From: a virus
Taxonomy: Duplodnaviria > Heunggongvirae > Uroviricota > Caudoviricetes
DNA: 39,831 nucleotides
Strand: one strand, 5' to 3'
Virus record (IMG/VR): IMGVR_UViG_2802429220_000013
Below are positions 28,829-38,898 of the stretch, in pieces. The notes beneath the pieces are model-generated. The model saw only the letters and a program-made list of their open reading frames with translations, did not search any database and had not been told where the DNA came from. The position numbers and the translations under genes are program-made. Position 1 is the first letter of the stretch. Each line of letters starts with the position of its first letter.

Positions 28829-29521
28829 ATGTTATATGCATTTAAGCTGGGCAGAAAACTGCGCGGCGAGGAACCTTATTGCCCTGAAAAAGGCGGGAAA
28901 GGTGGCAGTTCTGATAAAAGCGCAAAGTATGCCGCAGAAGCTCAGAAGTATGCCGCAGACCTGCAAAATCAGCAGTGGCAGACGATCATGAAAAACCTTG
29001 CTCCGTTCACGCCGCTTGCGGAGCAGTATGTTAACCAGCTTCAGAATCTTTCCAGTTTAGAAGGTCAGGGGCAGGCACTTAATCAGTATTACAACTCTCA
29101 GCAGTATAAAGACCTTGCAGGTCAGGCTCGTTACCAGAGTCTTGCTGCTGCGGAGGCGACGGGTGGACTTGGTTCGACAGCCACAAGCAATCAACTGGCT
29201 ACGATCGCGCCGACTCTCGGTCAGTCTTGGTTATCAAACCAGATGAGCAATTACAACAATCTGGCAAACGTTGGGCTTGGTGCGCTGCAAGGTCAGGCAA
29301 ACGCCGGGCAGACGTACGCCAACAACATGAGCAGCATTGCACAGCAAAGCGCAGCTCTTGCCGCTGCTAATGCCAATAAACCATCAGGCCTTCAGACAGC
29401 AATTAGCGGCGGAACGTCAGGTGCGATTGCCGGTGCAGGTCTTGCCAGCCTTTTGGGAACATCAACACCTTGGGGCGCTGGCATTGGTGCTGGTATCGGA
29501 TTGCTTGGCTCGTTGTTTTAA
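28829..29521 (+). CDS. Ejection protein (P22 gp7-like)
   Basis: 230 aa; Gln/Ala/Gly-rich with C-terminal hydrophobic glycine-zipper segment; synteny. Confidence 0.7.
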   Translation: MLYAFKLGRKLRGEEPYCPEKGGKGGSSDKSAKYAAEAQKYAADLQNQQWQTIMKNLAPFTPLAEQYVNQLQNLSSLEGQGQALNQYYNSQQYKDLAGQARYQSLAAAEATGGLGSTATSNQLATIAPTLGQSWLSNQMSNYNNLANVGLGALQGQANAGQTYANNMSSIAQQSAALAAANANKPSGLQTAISGGTSGAIAGAGLASLLGTSTPWGAGIGAGIGLLGSLF

Positions 29522-29530
29522 GGGGTAATC

Positions 29531-30937
29531 ATGTCTACTTGGCAAGGAACAAACGGCGGATTGTTGGCTGGTATCGGCGGCGTCAACTCAAACGCTCCGA
29601 GCGTAAACGACATCGGCAATACGCTTCAGCTTATCAGGCAGAACAATGATATTGAGCGTTCAGGCGCTAACAATGTTGGGCTGACTGCTTTGCAAGGCCT
29701 TTCAGGTATTGCGGGGGTGTTTCAGCAGGAAAAGCAGGCTCAGCGGCAGAAAGAATTTCAGCAGGCATACGCTAATGCTTATGCGTCTGGTGATCGCGGT
29801 GCTTTGCGTCAGTTGGCTACTCAATATCCAGACCAGATTGAATCCGTTCGTAAAGGCATGGGATTCATTGATGAAGAGCAGCGTAATTCTATCGGCACCT
29901 TAGCGGCTGGCGCACGCCTTGCGTCATCGTCTCCAGAAGCAATGCAATCATGGCTGCAAAACAACGCCAAGGAACTGACTCGCGTCGGTGTTGACCCTAA
30001 CAGCGTTGCTCAGATGTATCAGCAGAATCCTTCAGGATTTGGTGAGTTTGTTGATCACCTTGGGATGGCTGCTCTCGGTCCGATTGACTACTTCAATGTT
30101 CAGGACAAGATGGCTGGTCGTGAGATTGACCGAGGCAGGCTGGCAGAGACAATCCGCAGCAATCAGGCTGGAGAGGCGCTTCAGGCGAGAGGGCAAAATC
30201 TTTCCTATCAGTCAGCAATGACTGGTCACAATATCGCAGCGCAACGCTTGGCTCTGGATCAGCAAGAGTTCGGGTTTAAGATGCAGCAAGCGCAGGAAAA
30301 GGCTCAGCAGTTGATTAGCGAAGCACCTAAGCTGTCAGTAAACATGGAAAAAGGCATCGAGACGGCTGTAAACAATGCCACAGCATCATCAAACTCAGCC
30401 AATTCCATGAGTGCGCTTGCTCAACAGTTCAGAGCAGAAAAACCAACGACAGGTTTGTTCGGTAACGCACAGAACATGTTCGCAAAACTTACCGGAAGCG
30501 ATACGACATTGCGTGATTTGCGCATTCGCCAAAATGCCCTTGTTAACAGTCAGGTTCTTAAATTCCTACCTCCCGGCCCCGCAACGGATAAAGACGTTGA
30601 GATCGTTCGTCAGGGTGCACCAACTGACATGGATAACCCTGAGACGGTCGCAAGATGGCTTGATGCTATGGCAAACCTTGAGCGACGAAACGCGCAGTTT
30701 AATGAGTTTAAAGCCGAGTGGATGAGCGCGAATGGCAACCCTGGACAATCGCGTAATGGCGGTCAGATATTGGGGTTGGATGTTAAAAAAGGTGAATCAT
30801 TGGGGAGTGCCGTTAAGCGGTATATGTCGATGAATACTGACGCAGCGCCAGCACAAGATTCGACACCTTCAGGAGAACCACGGAATCAGGTTGGATCATA
30901 TACCTCAAAATCAGGCATTCAATTTACGGTGGAATGA
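29531..30937 (+). CDS. Ejection protein (P22 gp20-like)
   Basis: 468 aa; synteny and size. Confidence 0.7.
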   Translation: MSTWQGTNGGLLAGIGGVNSNAPSVNDIGNTLQLIRQNNDIERSGANNVGLTALQGLSGIAGVFQQEKQAQRQKEFQQAYANAYASGDRGALRQLATQYPDQIESVRKGMGFIDEEQRNSIGTLAAGARLASSSPEAMQSWLQNNAKELTRVGVDPNSVAQMYQQNPSGFGEFVDHLGMAALGPIDYFNVQDKMAGREIDRGRLAETIRSNQAGEALQARGQNLSYQSAMTGHNIAAQRLALDQQEFGFKMQQAQEKAQQLISEAPKLSVNMEKGIETAVNNATASSNSANSMSALAQQFRAEKPTTGLFGNAQNMFAKLTGSDTTLRDLRIRQNALVNSQVLKFLPPGPATDKDVEIVRQGAPTDMDNPETVARWLDAMANLERRNAQFNEFKAEWMSANGNPGQSRNGGQILGLDVKKGESLGSAVKRYMSMNTDAAPAQDSTPSGEPRNQVGSYTSKSGIQFTVE

Positions 30938-32781
30938 TGAAAGTAACTGCAAACGGTAAGACATTTACCTTTCCTGATGGTACGAGCACCGAAGATATTG
31001 GCACCGCCATTGATGAGTATTTTGCTGGTCAGGCTGTTCAGCAACAAACAGTTAATCAGGCCAATAATGCACCAACACGGGAAGAACCATCATTGATGCA
31101 ACAAGCTGGCGATTGGCTCACTGGTGGTCAAAGTGCAGGGCAAATTGCAGAACAGGCTGGTCGTGGTCTGGTAAACATACCATTTGACGTATTGCAGGGT
31201 GGCGCAAGTCTGATTAATGCAATCAGTCAGGGGCTTGGTGGACCCAAGGTTTTGGATGATGTTTATCGTCCAGTAGACAGACCGACAGACCCCTACGCGC
31301 AAGCCGGTGAAACAATTGGTGGGTATTTAGTTCCAGGAGTTGGAACGGCAGGAAGCATGGCTATTGGCTCACTGGCAGAGGCCACAAATCAGAAAGGCGA
31401 TTTCGCACAAAATGCAGCTAAAAATGCCGGAGTTAACCTTGCCACTCAGGGTGTTCTTTCCGCAGCAGCAAAGGGAATAGGGCGTGGAATAACGGCTATA
31501 AAAGGTGATATTGCGCCAGAAGTGGCGAAGAAAATTGCCACATCAGAATCGATGGGCGTGACACCAATGACATCTGATGTTATCCCGCCGAAAAATGCTT
31601 TCACTCGCGGCCTAACTCAGGATGCCGAGGGGGCTTTGCTCGGGACAGGCTCAAAGCGAGCGGAGCAATATGCAACGCGTAGTAAGTTGGTAAGTAATTA
31701 TTTTGACCGTTTTGGTGAGTACAACCCGGATGATGTGGTGAAATCTCTGACCACCACGTTAAGGGGACGGAAGGATGCCGCTGGCGCTGTTATCAATGAC
31801 GTTACCAATAAAATGGGTAATGCCGCAGTTGATACCACAAATACCATGAATGCTCTGAATACAGCGATCGCAAGACAGGAACGGCTTGGGACGTCTGCCA
31901 ATCAAAGCCTGCTTACATCCTTGCGTAACCTACGTGAAGAATTAGCAAACCCTGCAACTGATTTGGATGTTACGTTTGATCTCTTGCGTCAGCACAGAAC
32001 AGCATTTAGATCTAATGTTCAGGGAGATGCTATGGTCTTCCCCAACCAGGCAAAAGCAGCTACCAATATGGTAGAGAATGCAATGTCAAAAGATCTTCGT
32101 AACGCAGTTGCAAAAAACCTCGGTGCATCAGACGCAGCAAAATACCTTAAAGCAAATTCCGATTATGCAAACGTTTATAATAAGGTGCTTAATAAAAACA
32201 TTGCTAACAAGCTCAACAAGGCAAGCAGTGAAGCCAGTCCTGAACTTATAAATACCGTTGTATTAAGCAGAAAACCATCTGACGTGAAACGAATCTGGAG
32301 CGCACTGGATGATAAAGGGAAAGATGCTATGCGTGCAGCTTACGTCAGCAAAATAGCGGAAAAGGCCGGTGACTCTCCAGCCAAGTTCATCACTGAAGTT
32401 AATAAGCTGAAATCTCAGTCAGGCGGTGAAATTTACAACACTATTTTTTCAGGAAAGCACATGAAAGAGCTTGATGCTCTTCATGAAGTTCTACAGCAAA
32501 CAGCAAGGTCAGACACCGCAAATGTAGTAACTCAGACGGGGCAATCGCAAGCCAACAGGATAAGGACGATTGGCGCAACTGCGACTCTTGGCGTATCAAT
32601 GGGGCTTGAGGCTGGTTTCGGTGCAATGATGCGCTTGTATGAGTCCAAAGCAGCAAGGAATGCTCTCTTACGTCTGGCAAACACCAAAGCAGGAACACCA
32701 GCCTATGAAAGAGCGCTAAATAATGCTGCAAATGCGATACGCCCTATACTTTCAAGCCAAATTACAGCAGAACAGCAATAA
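30934..32781 (+). CDS. Ejection protein (P22 gp16-like)
   Basis: 615 aa; synteny and size; last gene of the rightward late block before immI. Confidence 0.7.
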   Translation: MMKVTANGKTFTFPDGTSTEDIGTAIDEYFAGQAVQQQTVNQANNAPTREEPSLMQQAGDWLTGGQSAGQIAEQAGRGLVNIPFDVLQGGASLINAISQGLGGPKVLDDVYRPVDRPTDPYAQAGETIGGYLVPGVGTAGSMAIGSLAEATNQKGDFAQNAAKNAGVNLATQGVLSAAAKGIGRGITAIKGDIAPEVAKKIATSESMGVTPMTSDVIPPKNAFTRGLTQDAEGALLGTGSKRAEQYATRSKLVSNYFDRFGEYNPDDVVKSLTTTLRGRKDAAGAVINDVTNKMGNAAVDTTNTMNALNTAIARQERLGTSANQSLLTSLRNLREELANPATDLDVTFDLLRQHRTAFRSNVQGDAMVFPNQAKAATNMVENAMSKDLRNAVAKNLGASDAAKYLKANSDYANVYNKVLNKNIANKLNKASSEASPELINTVVLSRKPSDVKRIWSALDDKGKDAMRAAYVSKIAEKAGDSPAKFITEVNKLKSQSGGEIYNTIFSGKHMKELDALHEVLQQTARSDTANVVTQTGQSQANRIRTIGATATLGVSMGLEAGFGAMMRLYESKAARNALLRLANTKAGTPAYERALNNAANAIRPILSSQITAEQQ

Positions 32782-32795
32782 AAGATAAGATATAA

Positions 32796-33281
32796 CTACC
32801 TGATATTACTGCTACTGTTGCATGTTACCGTGTTTCCAAATCCTGAATTGCAGTTTGTATATGTGTCAACGCGTGTTGGGTAAGGTTGAGTTATAACAGG
32901 CTGGCGCGCTTTTTGCTCGATCGCTTGCATTGTGTTTACAGCCTGATAATTCAATAAAGCCTGCTGGAATGCTTGGCTTTGTGCTATTTGTTGTGCTTGT
33001 TCTTGGCTTTGTAATTGAACATAAAGATTCTGAAGTTCAAGTCTTGCCTGTGTGTCACTTATCTTGCCTTCATCGACACCTTGCCCGAGCATCTTCGCAG
33101 CAAGGACATACAGCTTAGGTGTTGGTGCTGATGCCATGCGAGAGTCGTTCTTCAAGCTGGCATCAAGGCAATTAGCCATATCGCTAAGCTTTGGATAGCG
33201 TTGCTCGCAACTTGCCTGATAGTCGCTTACTTTTGCGCACCCAGCCAGCAGAAGCGGGATAATTAACAGTGATTTTTTCAT
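32796..33281 (-). CDS. Predicted outer-membrane lipoprotein (moron in the sieA slot)
   Basis: Start at ATG with AAGGAG RBS; signal peptide MKKSLLIIPLLLAGC with lipobox, +2 Ala; Gln-rich coiled-coil C-terminal region; opposite strand to late operon. Confidence 0.6.
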   Translation of the reverse strand: MKKSLLIIPLLLAGCAKVSDYQASCEQRYPKLSDMANCLDASLKNDSRMASAPTPKLYVLAAKMLGQGVDEGKISDTQARLELQNLYVQLQSQEQAQQIAQSQAFQQALLNYQAVNTMQAIEQKARQPVITQPYPTRVDTYTNCNSGFGNTVTCNSSSNIR

Positions 33282-33315
33282 ATAATTAACTCTCCTTAGT
33301 TTTGCGCAGGATACC

Positions 33316-33681
33316 ATGAAAAAAGTTAACATTGGAAACGTACCAAAGATGCTCGTACCGCTCTTTGAGAGCGGTACAATTGTGTTTTGTAGAGACTTTC
33401 CAGAATGGCAACGCCTGCATCAAAAACTTGGCGTTGACGTGCATGACTCGGACGCCAACGGAGCGTCTCATACAATGAGTAGCGAGAATGGTGTTTTGCA
33501 TGTGATAGGCGTGTTCAATGGCAAACTATCTACTATTGCCCATGAGTGCGCTCACATGGCATTCGATATCTGCTCAAGGGTAGGTGTTGATGTTGAACCA
33601 GGAAGAGCCAACGAGACTTACTGCTACTTAATGAGCAGGCTTGTTGAGTTCTGCGAGCGACATATCAAAAAGCCGGAGTGA
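33316..33681 (+). CDS. Hypothetical 121-aa protein with an HExxH motif (HECAH)
   Basis: ATG with AGGA RBS, divergent from the lipoprotein gene with 34 bp between starts; single HExxH motif; no family recognised. Confidence 0.5.
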   Translation: MKKVNIGNVPKMLVPLFESGTIVFCRDFPEWQRLHQKLGVDVHDSDANGASHTMSSENGVLHVIGVFNGKLSTIAHECAHMAFDICSRVGVDVEPGRANETYCYLMSRLVEFCERHIKKPE

Positions 33682-33694
33682 CCCGGCTTGATTA

Positions 33695-33874
33695 TTACTT
33701 TTTGCTGTCTGGAGTTCGCTTATCCAATACCCAGCCATGACCTGGCTTTGTTGTTGGTGGAAGCCTTTCGTTGTCCTTGACGGTGGCAAAATTGTCTTTC
33801 TTACCGCCGCGTGGGCCAACTTCTTGGTATATTCCGCCGTTTTTCCCTGTGTTTTCACCTGGTTTTTTCGCCAT
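33695..33874 (-). CDS. Hypothetical small basic Gly/Lys-rich protein (59 aa)
   Basis: Internal ATG with GAGG RBS; MAKKPGENTGKNGGIYQEVGPRGGKKDNFATVKDNERLPPTTKPGHGWVLDKRTPDSKK. Confidence 0.4.
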   Translation of the reverse strand: MAKKPGENTGKNGGIYQEVGPRGGKKDNFATVKDNERLPPTTKPGHGWVLDKRTPDSKK

Positions 33875-33973
33875 GATATACCTCAACATACACCCGCTAT
33901 TGGGCGATTAAATATTGATCTCATTTTATAAGTAGTCAATATGGCCCAGGTAAATGCAAAAATTAACTCACCG

Positions 33974-34225
33974 TCAGGTGGTTTTTTTGTACAAATCCTT
34001 CAGCGTATCAAACACCATCTTCTTAACAAGATCTGACTGCTCATCAGCGAGTCGTTCTGCATCGTCACGATATCCAGTCACAGGCGATGGTTTTGATAGA
34101 GCATCTTGGACGATTTGTAACAACTCGGAGTTCATTGATCTCCCATTCGCCTCCGCCCTGAATTTTAATTTCTCCCTTACTTCCATAGGCATACGGAAGT
34201 TAAAGTGCGGATCATCTCTAGCCAT
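33974..34225 (-). CDS. mnt: Mnt repressor (P22 immI)
   Basis: 83 aa MARDDPHFNFRMPMEVREKLKFRAEANGRSMNSELLQIVQDALSKPSPVTGYR… near-identical to P22 Mnt as recalled. Confidence 0.9.
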   Translation of the reverse strand: MARDDPHFNFRMPMEVREKLKFRAEANGRSMNSELLQIVQDALSKPSPVTGYRDDAERLADEQSDLVKKMVFDTLKDLYKKTT

Positions 34226-34247
34226 GCCATCACTCCAAGTTAGTGTG

Positions 34248-34299
34248 TTGACATGATAGAAGCACTCTACTATATTCTCAATAGGTCCACGGTGGACCT
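34248..34299. promoter_or_regulatory. Pant promoter with arc operator (atgatagaagcactctactat) and mnt operator (aggtccacggtggacct)
   Basis: -35 TTGACA and -10 TATATT spaced 17 bp; 21-bp arc operator and perfectly symmetric 17-bp mnt operator match P22 immI sites as recalled. Confidence 0.8.
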
Positions 34300-34315
34300 A
34301 TATTGTGAGGTGAAT

Positions 34316-34477
34316 ATGAAAGGAATGAGCAAGATGCCGCAGTTCAATTTGCGGTGGCCTAAAGAAGTATTGGATTTGGTACGCAAGGTGGCGGAAGAGA
34401 ATGGTCGGTCTGTTAACTCTGAGATTTATCAGAGAGTAATGGAAAGCTTTAAGAAGGAAGGGCGCATTGGCGCGTAA
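34316..34477 (+). CDS. arc: Arc repressor (P22 immI)
   Basis: 53 aa [53 protein letters not shown], one residue different from P22 Arc as recalled. Confidence 0.9.
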   Translation: MKGMSKMPQFNLRWPKEVLDLVRKVAEENGRSVNSEIYQRVMESFKKEGRIGA

Positions 34478-34479
34478 AG

Positions 34480-34550
34480 TTGAAGCCCCAACTGCTGGAA
34501 CAGTCAGGGCTTCGGTTGTCAGTAAATCCGTGGAGAAAAACCAACATGAA
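34480..34550 (-). ncRNA. sar: Possible sar-like antisense RNA across the arc-ant junction
   Basis: By synteny with P22 immI only; intergenic hairpin gaagccc…gggcttc is present; promoter and ends not verified. Confidence 0.25.
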
Positions 34551-35481
34551 TAGTATAGCAATTTTAGAAGCAGTGAACACCTCTTACGTACCATTCAACG
34601 GTCAGCAAATTATCACCGCCATGGCTGCCGGAGTTGCATATGTTGCGATGAAGCCAATCGTTGAAAACCTTGGAATGAGCTGGTCAACGCAGCAAACAAA
34701 ACTCATGAAGCAGATTAGCAAATTCAACTGTGTTCATATGAACATGGTTGCCGCTGATGGGAAGCTTCGTAAGCTACTCTGCCTTCCTTTGAAGAAGTTA
34801 AATGGATGGCTGTTCAGCATCAACCCTGAGAAAGTTCGTGCTGACATCCGTGATAAACTGATTCAGTACCAGGAGGAATGCTTTAGCGTGCTGCATGACT
34901 ACTGGACTAAAGGCCATGTAGTTAACCCACGCAAAGCTAAAAAGGCGTTGCCGGGTAAAATCACCACTGAACAGCAGGAAGCCATTAAACAACTCGTCAT
35001 GAGTCGCGGTCAGTCTCTGCCAAAAGAAAAACAGGCTAAGGCGATGATCACCATGTGGTCGTCACTGAAATCCCATTTTGGATGTTCGTACAAAGAAATC
35101 AGTGAGGAGCAGTTTACAGAAGCACTGTCACTTGCAGCTCGAGTTCCACTTGAAGGCGAGTTTATCGGCAAACAAGAGAAGAAAGCAAACGAGCTTTCTG
35201 CAAAAGAAGCAAACAGCCTTGTATGGTTATGGGATTATGCTAACCGTTCACAGGCATTATTCCGCGAACTGTATCCGGCGCTAAAACAAATTCAATCGAA
35301 CTATTCCGGCAGATGCTACGACTACGGTCATGAATTCTCGTATGTTATCGGAATGGCGAGAGACGTTTTAATAAACCACACACGAGATATTGATATTAAT
35401 GAGCCAGACGGACCAACGAATCTTTCCGCATGGATGAGACTTAAGAATAAAGAATTACCTCCTTCAGTACATAACTACTGA
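34546..35481 (+). CDS. ant: Antirepressor Ant (P22 immI)
   Basis: Start at internal ATG with GGAG RBS ([21 protein letters not shown]…); follows arc as in P22. Confidence 0.85.
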   Translation: MNSIAILEAVNTSYVPFNGQQIITAMAAGVAYVAMKPIVENLGMSWSTQQTKLMKQISKFNCVHMNMVAADGKLRKLLCLPLKKLNGWLFSINPEKVRADIRDKLIQYQEECFSVLHDYWTKGHVVNPRKAKKALPGKITTEQQEAIKQLVMSRGQSLPKEKQAKAMITMWSSLKSHFGCSYKEISEEQFTEALSLAARVPLEGEFIGKQEKKANELSAKEANSLVWLWDYANRSQALFRELYPALKQIQSNYSGRCYDYGHEFSYVIGMARDVLINHTRDIDINEPDGPTNLSAWMRLKNKELPPSVHNY

Positions 35482-35500
35482 CAGATAACCAACGCAACGA

Positions 35501-35523
35501 CCCAGCTTCGGCTGGGTTTTTTT
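35501..35523 (+). terminator. Rho-independent terminator after ant
   Basis: Hairpin cccagc-ttcg-gctggg followed by TTTTTTT. Confidence 0.6.
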
Positions 35524-35581
35524 ATGCCCAAAATTCACCGTAGCCATGCTGCGGCGATTCATTGTATCTGGAGCAAATTAA

Positions 35582-37342
35582 ATGACAGACATTACAGCCA
35601 ATGTTGTAATTGGGATGCCTTCGCAACTCTTCACTATGGCTCGTTCTTTTAAAGCCGTAGCCAATGGCAAAATTTATATCGGTAAAATTGACACTGACCC
35701 GGTAAATCCAGAAAACCAGATTCAGGTTTATGTAGAGAATGAAGACGGCTCTCACGTTCCTGTATCGCAACCAATCATCATTAACGCTGCTGGTTACCCG
35801 GTATATAACGGACAGATTGCCAAGTTCGTAACTGTGCAAGGCCATTCTATGGCTGTTTATGATGCGTATGGTGCACAGCAGTTCTATTTTCCCAGCGTTC
35901 TAAAATATGACCCAGACCAGTTCAAATATCAGCTATCAGGTGCTGGGGGCGCATCGATGATTGGAACGGAAAGACAGGGTAATCTGCAAGAAGTTGCGAA
36001 TGCAATAAATACAAGTAAAAACATAGGTGAATTTAATTCAAATATAAATAATTTACTTGCTCATGTTACCGATTCAATTATTTCAGACGATTCATTTATT
36101 ATACCATCATTTGCCACTTTAAGTGGCGCTCCTGGATTTCTTACAGGGTTCATTGGAACTACGTATTCAAAGAATAAAACAATACGTAAATCCAGCAACA
36201 CATCTGCAACCCTTACCAACCAGGACCCTAATGCAGGAAGCCAAACTGTTGATGCCGTTGTTTATCAAGATCCTGCATGGCCTAATGGATCTGTTTTTCC
36301 GCAGAAAACAACTATAAAAAATATTACACTGGAGGGTAATTCAGCCTCAAGCAAGAACGATGCGGGAATATTTGTTCTTCAAGGTGGTGTTTTAGATATC
36401 GAGAACGTTGATGTAATCAATTGCCGAAATGCGTTTTGGGGAAAGGATATCTGGCAAAGCAGTATAGCGAGAGTGTTTTCTAATGATGGAAAAATCAGGA
36501 TTGATGGCGGCACGTCTGTAACTCTGAGAGGTTGCGGATTAGCGTCAAGTGACACCACCAGGCCTGGGGCATTTGATTTAAATAATCTAAAGTATTCCTC
36601 ACTGATAAACTGCACATCAGATAACACAACAAATACGGCATTCTCATTCAATGGTTGTCATGGGATTGTAGTAGATGCATGTGGTTGTGAGGGTGCAGGA
36701 ACAACAACCGCAGATACTGCTACAGCACTAAACTTTATCGATAACAACCATGGCATCATTGTTAATAGTTTTGTTTGCGTACCAGTTGTAGGCCAAGGGC
36801 CAGCAATTATAGCGTTTGGTTCTAATAACGATGTGATCATTAACAATCCAGAACTTGCATTTGGCATTACCTATAATGTTGATATTTATATTCACGGACC
36901 GGGTAATAGAATAACTATAAATGGTGGAAGATTTGGAGCAAATGGAGATGCTCTTCCGATTATTGTTGCGTCAGACAGTGCTGTAGGATCAATAGTCATA
37001 TACAATTCAAATAATGGCATTAGACATTTATACTCAGTGAAAGCAGCAGGAATTGTGACTCAAATACAGGAATTCAGGCCTATAGTTTCAGCTGTAATTG
37101 ATGGGACAACCGGAAACGTAACAAAGGGATATGGAGTTGACTCAGTTCAAAAAACAGGCGATGGGGCCTATACAGTACATTTCACAAGTCAAGTGGCAAC
37201 TGGATATTCAATCCAGCAATTAAGTTCGGTTGGATTTGTTCAGGTTGCATCATTTACTGATAACGCAATAGCATTTACGCTGCTGAATCCTAGCCTGACA
37301 GCTACTGATTCGTCATTCTCAATAAATATAAATGGCTGGTAG
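35582..37342 (+). CDS. Tailspike protein with P22-type N-terminal head-binding domain and divergent receptor-binding domain
   Basis: N-terminal ~115 aa ([59 protein letters not shown]…) parallels P22 gp9; remainder is Asn/Gly/Ser/Thr-rich, consistent with a beta-helix. Confidence 0.8.
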   Translation: MTDITANVVIGMPSQLFTMARSFKAVANGKIYIGKIDTDPVNPENQIQVYVENEDGSHVPVSQPIIINAAGYPVYNGQIAKFVTVQGHSMAVYDAYGAQQFYFPSVLKYDPDQFKYQLSGAGGASMIGTERQGNLQEVANAINTSKNIGEFNSNINNLLAHVTDSIISDDSFIIPSFATLSGAPGFLTGFIGTTYSKNKTIRKSSNTSATLTNQDPNAGSQTVDAVVYQDPAWPNGSVFPQKTTIKNITLEGNSASSKNDAGIFVLQGGVLDIENVDVINCRNAFWGKDIWQSSIARVFSNDGKIRIDGGTSVTLRGCGLASSDTTRPGAFDLNNLKYSSLINCTSDNTTNTAFSFNGCHGIVVDACGCEGAGTTTADTATALNFIDNNHGIIVNSFVCVPVVGQGPAIIAFGSNNDVIINNPELAFGITYNVDIYIHGPGNRITINGGRFGANGDALPIIVASDSAVGSIVIYNSNNGIRHLYSVKAAGIVTQIQEFRPIVSAVIDGTTGNVTKGYGVDSVQKTGDGAYTVHFTSQVATGYSIQQLSSVGFVQVASFTDNAIAFTLLNPSLTATDSSFSININGW

Positions 37343-37423
37343 AAATGACATAATGAGACAAAACTCTGGTACACAAAGCTTTGCACTGGATTGCAAGTCT
37401 TTGTTCTATTCGATAGGGGTTAA

Positions 37424-37444
37424 GGTGGATCACTCCACCTTTTC
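37424..37444 (+). terminator. Hairpin plus T-run at the convergent tailspike/int junction
   Basis: ggtgga-tcac-tccacc followed by TTTT; overlaps the int stop codon. Confidence 0.4.
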
Positions 37445-38587
37445 ATCAAGCCAATCTGCCCACCACTGCATCATTTCTCTGCGCTTGTCGAGATACTGAG
37501 CGTGGTTGTAAATCCCGCGCACAGATCCGCCGTTGGCATGTGCCAGTTGCACTTCAATAGCATCAGCAGGCCATTCGTGCTCGTTCATAATCGTGCTGAA
37601 TTCATGCCTGAATCCGTGACCGCTTTCCAGCCCTTCATAGCCAATTTGTTTGATCACAAGCAATACCGCGTTCTCGCAGATTGGCTTCTTCTTATCGTTG
37701 CGCCCGGCAAAAACAAACTCTGAGACTGGTTTGGTGATTGAGCTTAGCGTAGTGAGAAGTTCAACCACCTGGTCTGACATCGGGACCACATGAATTTTGC
37801 GTCCCTTCATCACACTGGCGTCGATGGTGATAATCCTGTTTTCAAAATCGACGTTCTTCCATAGCATGGAACGAAGCTCTTTTGTTCTTAGGGCTGTGTA
37901 GCGTAAAACTTTGGTCGCAATGAGCGATACGATACTTCCTGAAAATGTTGCCAGTGCTTTGTTGAATGCCGGGATCTGGTCTGCAGGAAGAAACGGGAAG
38001 TTCTTCTTGCGGTATCCCTTCATGGCGTCAGCAAGGTCAGGTGCTGGGTTATATTTAGCCCTTCCGGTGACAATAGCGTAACGGAAAACCTCGCCGCATC
38101 TTCTGCGGGCTTTATTTGCTCGCTCCATTGCACCGCGATCTTCAAATCTGCGGATTACTTCCAGCAGTTGCATCGGCTCAATATCCTGAATCTCAAGACC
38201 GCCGATGATGGGTAAAATGTCGTCATCAAACATTTTTGCAAGTTCAGTCGCATACCCTACTGACCAGACTTGCTTCTTGTGTTCGTACCATTCCTTGTAA
38301 ATTGCACTAAAGGAATTGTTGTTAGACGAAGCCTTTTTCGCCTTTACCGGATCGATGCCAACCGAGATGTCTTTCCTCGCAGTCCATGCCTTATCCCTTG
38401 CTTCCTGCAAAGTCATAAGCGGATATTTTCCTACGGTCAGGATTTTCTCCTTACCGTCAATCTTGTAGCGAAGCTGCCATACCTTTTTCCCTGATACAGG
38501 GACATAAAGGTACAGGCCATTACCATCGAGAAGGCGGTATGGTTTTTCTTTCGGCTTTGCTGCTTCAATCTGCTTAACGGTGAGCAT
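37430..38587 (-). CDS. intS: Tyrosine integrase (IntS / CPS-53 type)
   Basis: 385 aa from ATG (MLTVKQIEAAKPKEKPYRLLDGNGLYLYV…), essentially identical to K-12 IntS as recalled; track ORF extends 12 codons further to a GTG at 38623; catalytic R…HxxR…Y residues present. Confidence 0.9.
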   Translation of the reverse strand: MLTVKQIEAAKPKEKPYRLLDGNGLYLYVPVSGKKVWQLRYKIDGKEKILTVGKYPLMTLQEARDKAWTARKDISVGIDPVKAKKASSNNNSFSAIYKEWYEHKKQVWSVGYATELAKMFDDDILPIIGGLEIQDIEPMQLLEVIRRFEDRGAMERANKARRRCGEVFRYAIVTGRAKYNPAPDLADAMKGYRKKNFPFLPADQIPAFNKALATFSGSIVSLIATKVLRYTALRTKELRSMLWKNVDFENRIITIDASVMKGRKIHVVPMSDQVVELLTTLSSITKPVSEFVFAGRNDKKKPICENAVLLVIKQIGYEGLESGHGFRHEFSTIMNEHEWPADAIEVQLAHANGGSVRGIYNHAQYLDKRREMMQWWADWLDEKVE

Positions 38588-38632
38588 GGGTAAAAATCCG
38601 GTGGGTAAAATTATTTTATCCACTTTTTACCC
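38588..38632. promoter_or_regulatory. Three copies of GGGTAAAA / TTTTACCC; candidate integrase arm-type sites between int and the att core
   Basis: Same motif as at 1757-1777; could alternatively be coding repeats if int starts at the upstream GTG. Confidence 0.3.
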
Positions 38633-38742
38633 GTCATGGAGTGCGGCTGTCAACGATCTGACGCGAACCATGACGAACTGTGAATCTACGGAAGGCTTGA
38701 TATTCAGGGGATTTTGCGGACTGGTACGGATGGAGGCGAACT

Positions 38743-38763
38743 GATAAATGGTGTCCCCTGCAG
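38743..38763. repeat. att core copy at the tRNA-proximal prophage junction
   Basis: Exact 21-bp direct repeat of 1678-1698, overlapping the 3' end of argW. Confidence 0.8.
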
Positions 38764-38823
38764 GAATCGAACCTGCAATTAGCCCTTAGGAGGGGCTCGT
38801 TATATCCATTTAACTAAGAGGAC
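38749..38823 (-). tRNA. argW: tRNA-Arg (anticodon CCU), host argW, intact
   Basis: 75 nt on the minus strand: GTCCTCTTAGTTAAATGGATATAACGAGCCCCTCCTAAGGGCTAATTGCAGGTTCGATTCCTGCAGGGGACACCA; cloverleaf with anticodon loop cuCCUaa. Confidence 0.9.
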
Positions 38824-38898
38824 AATGCGGCATGAGTATACCCGCTAATGCTCAGCGGGGTAAGTACACTGCCGCTCGATTGCTTAAACCCTCGCCAT

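Noticed and set aside
37502-38494. Plus-strand ORFs of 73 and 74 aa inside the integrase gene
   Set aside because: Antisense to a full-length, highly recognisable integrase; non-ATG starts.
35582-38623. Tailspike and integrase being adjacent and convergent as a sign of prophage rearrangement
   Set aside because: Explained by the att site lying upstream of int (tRNA-int arrangement as in K-12 argW-intS), so the tail end and int are neighbours in the integrated map without any rearrangement.
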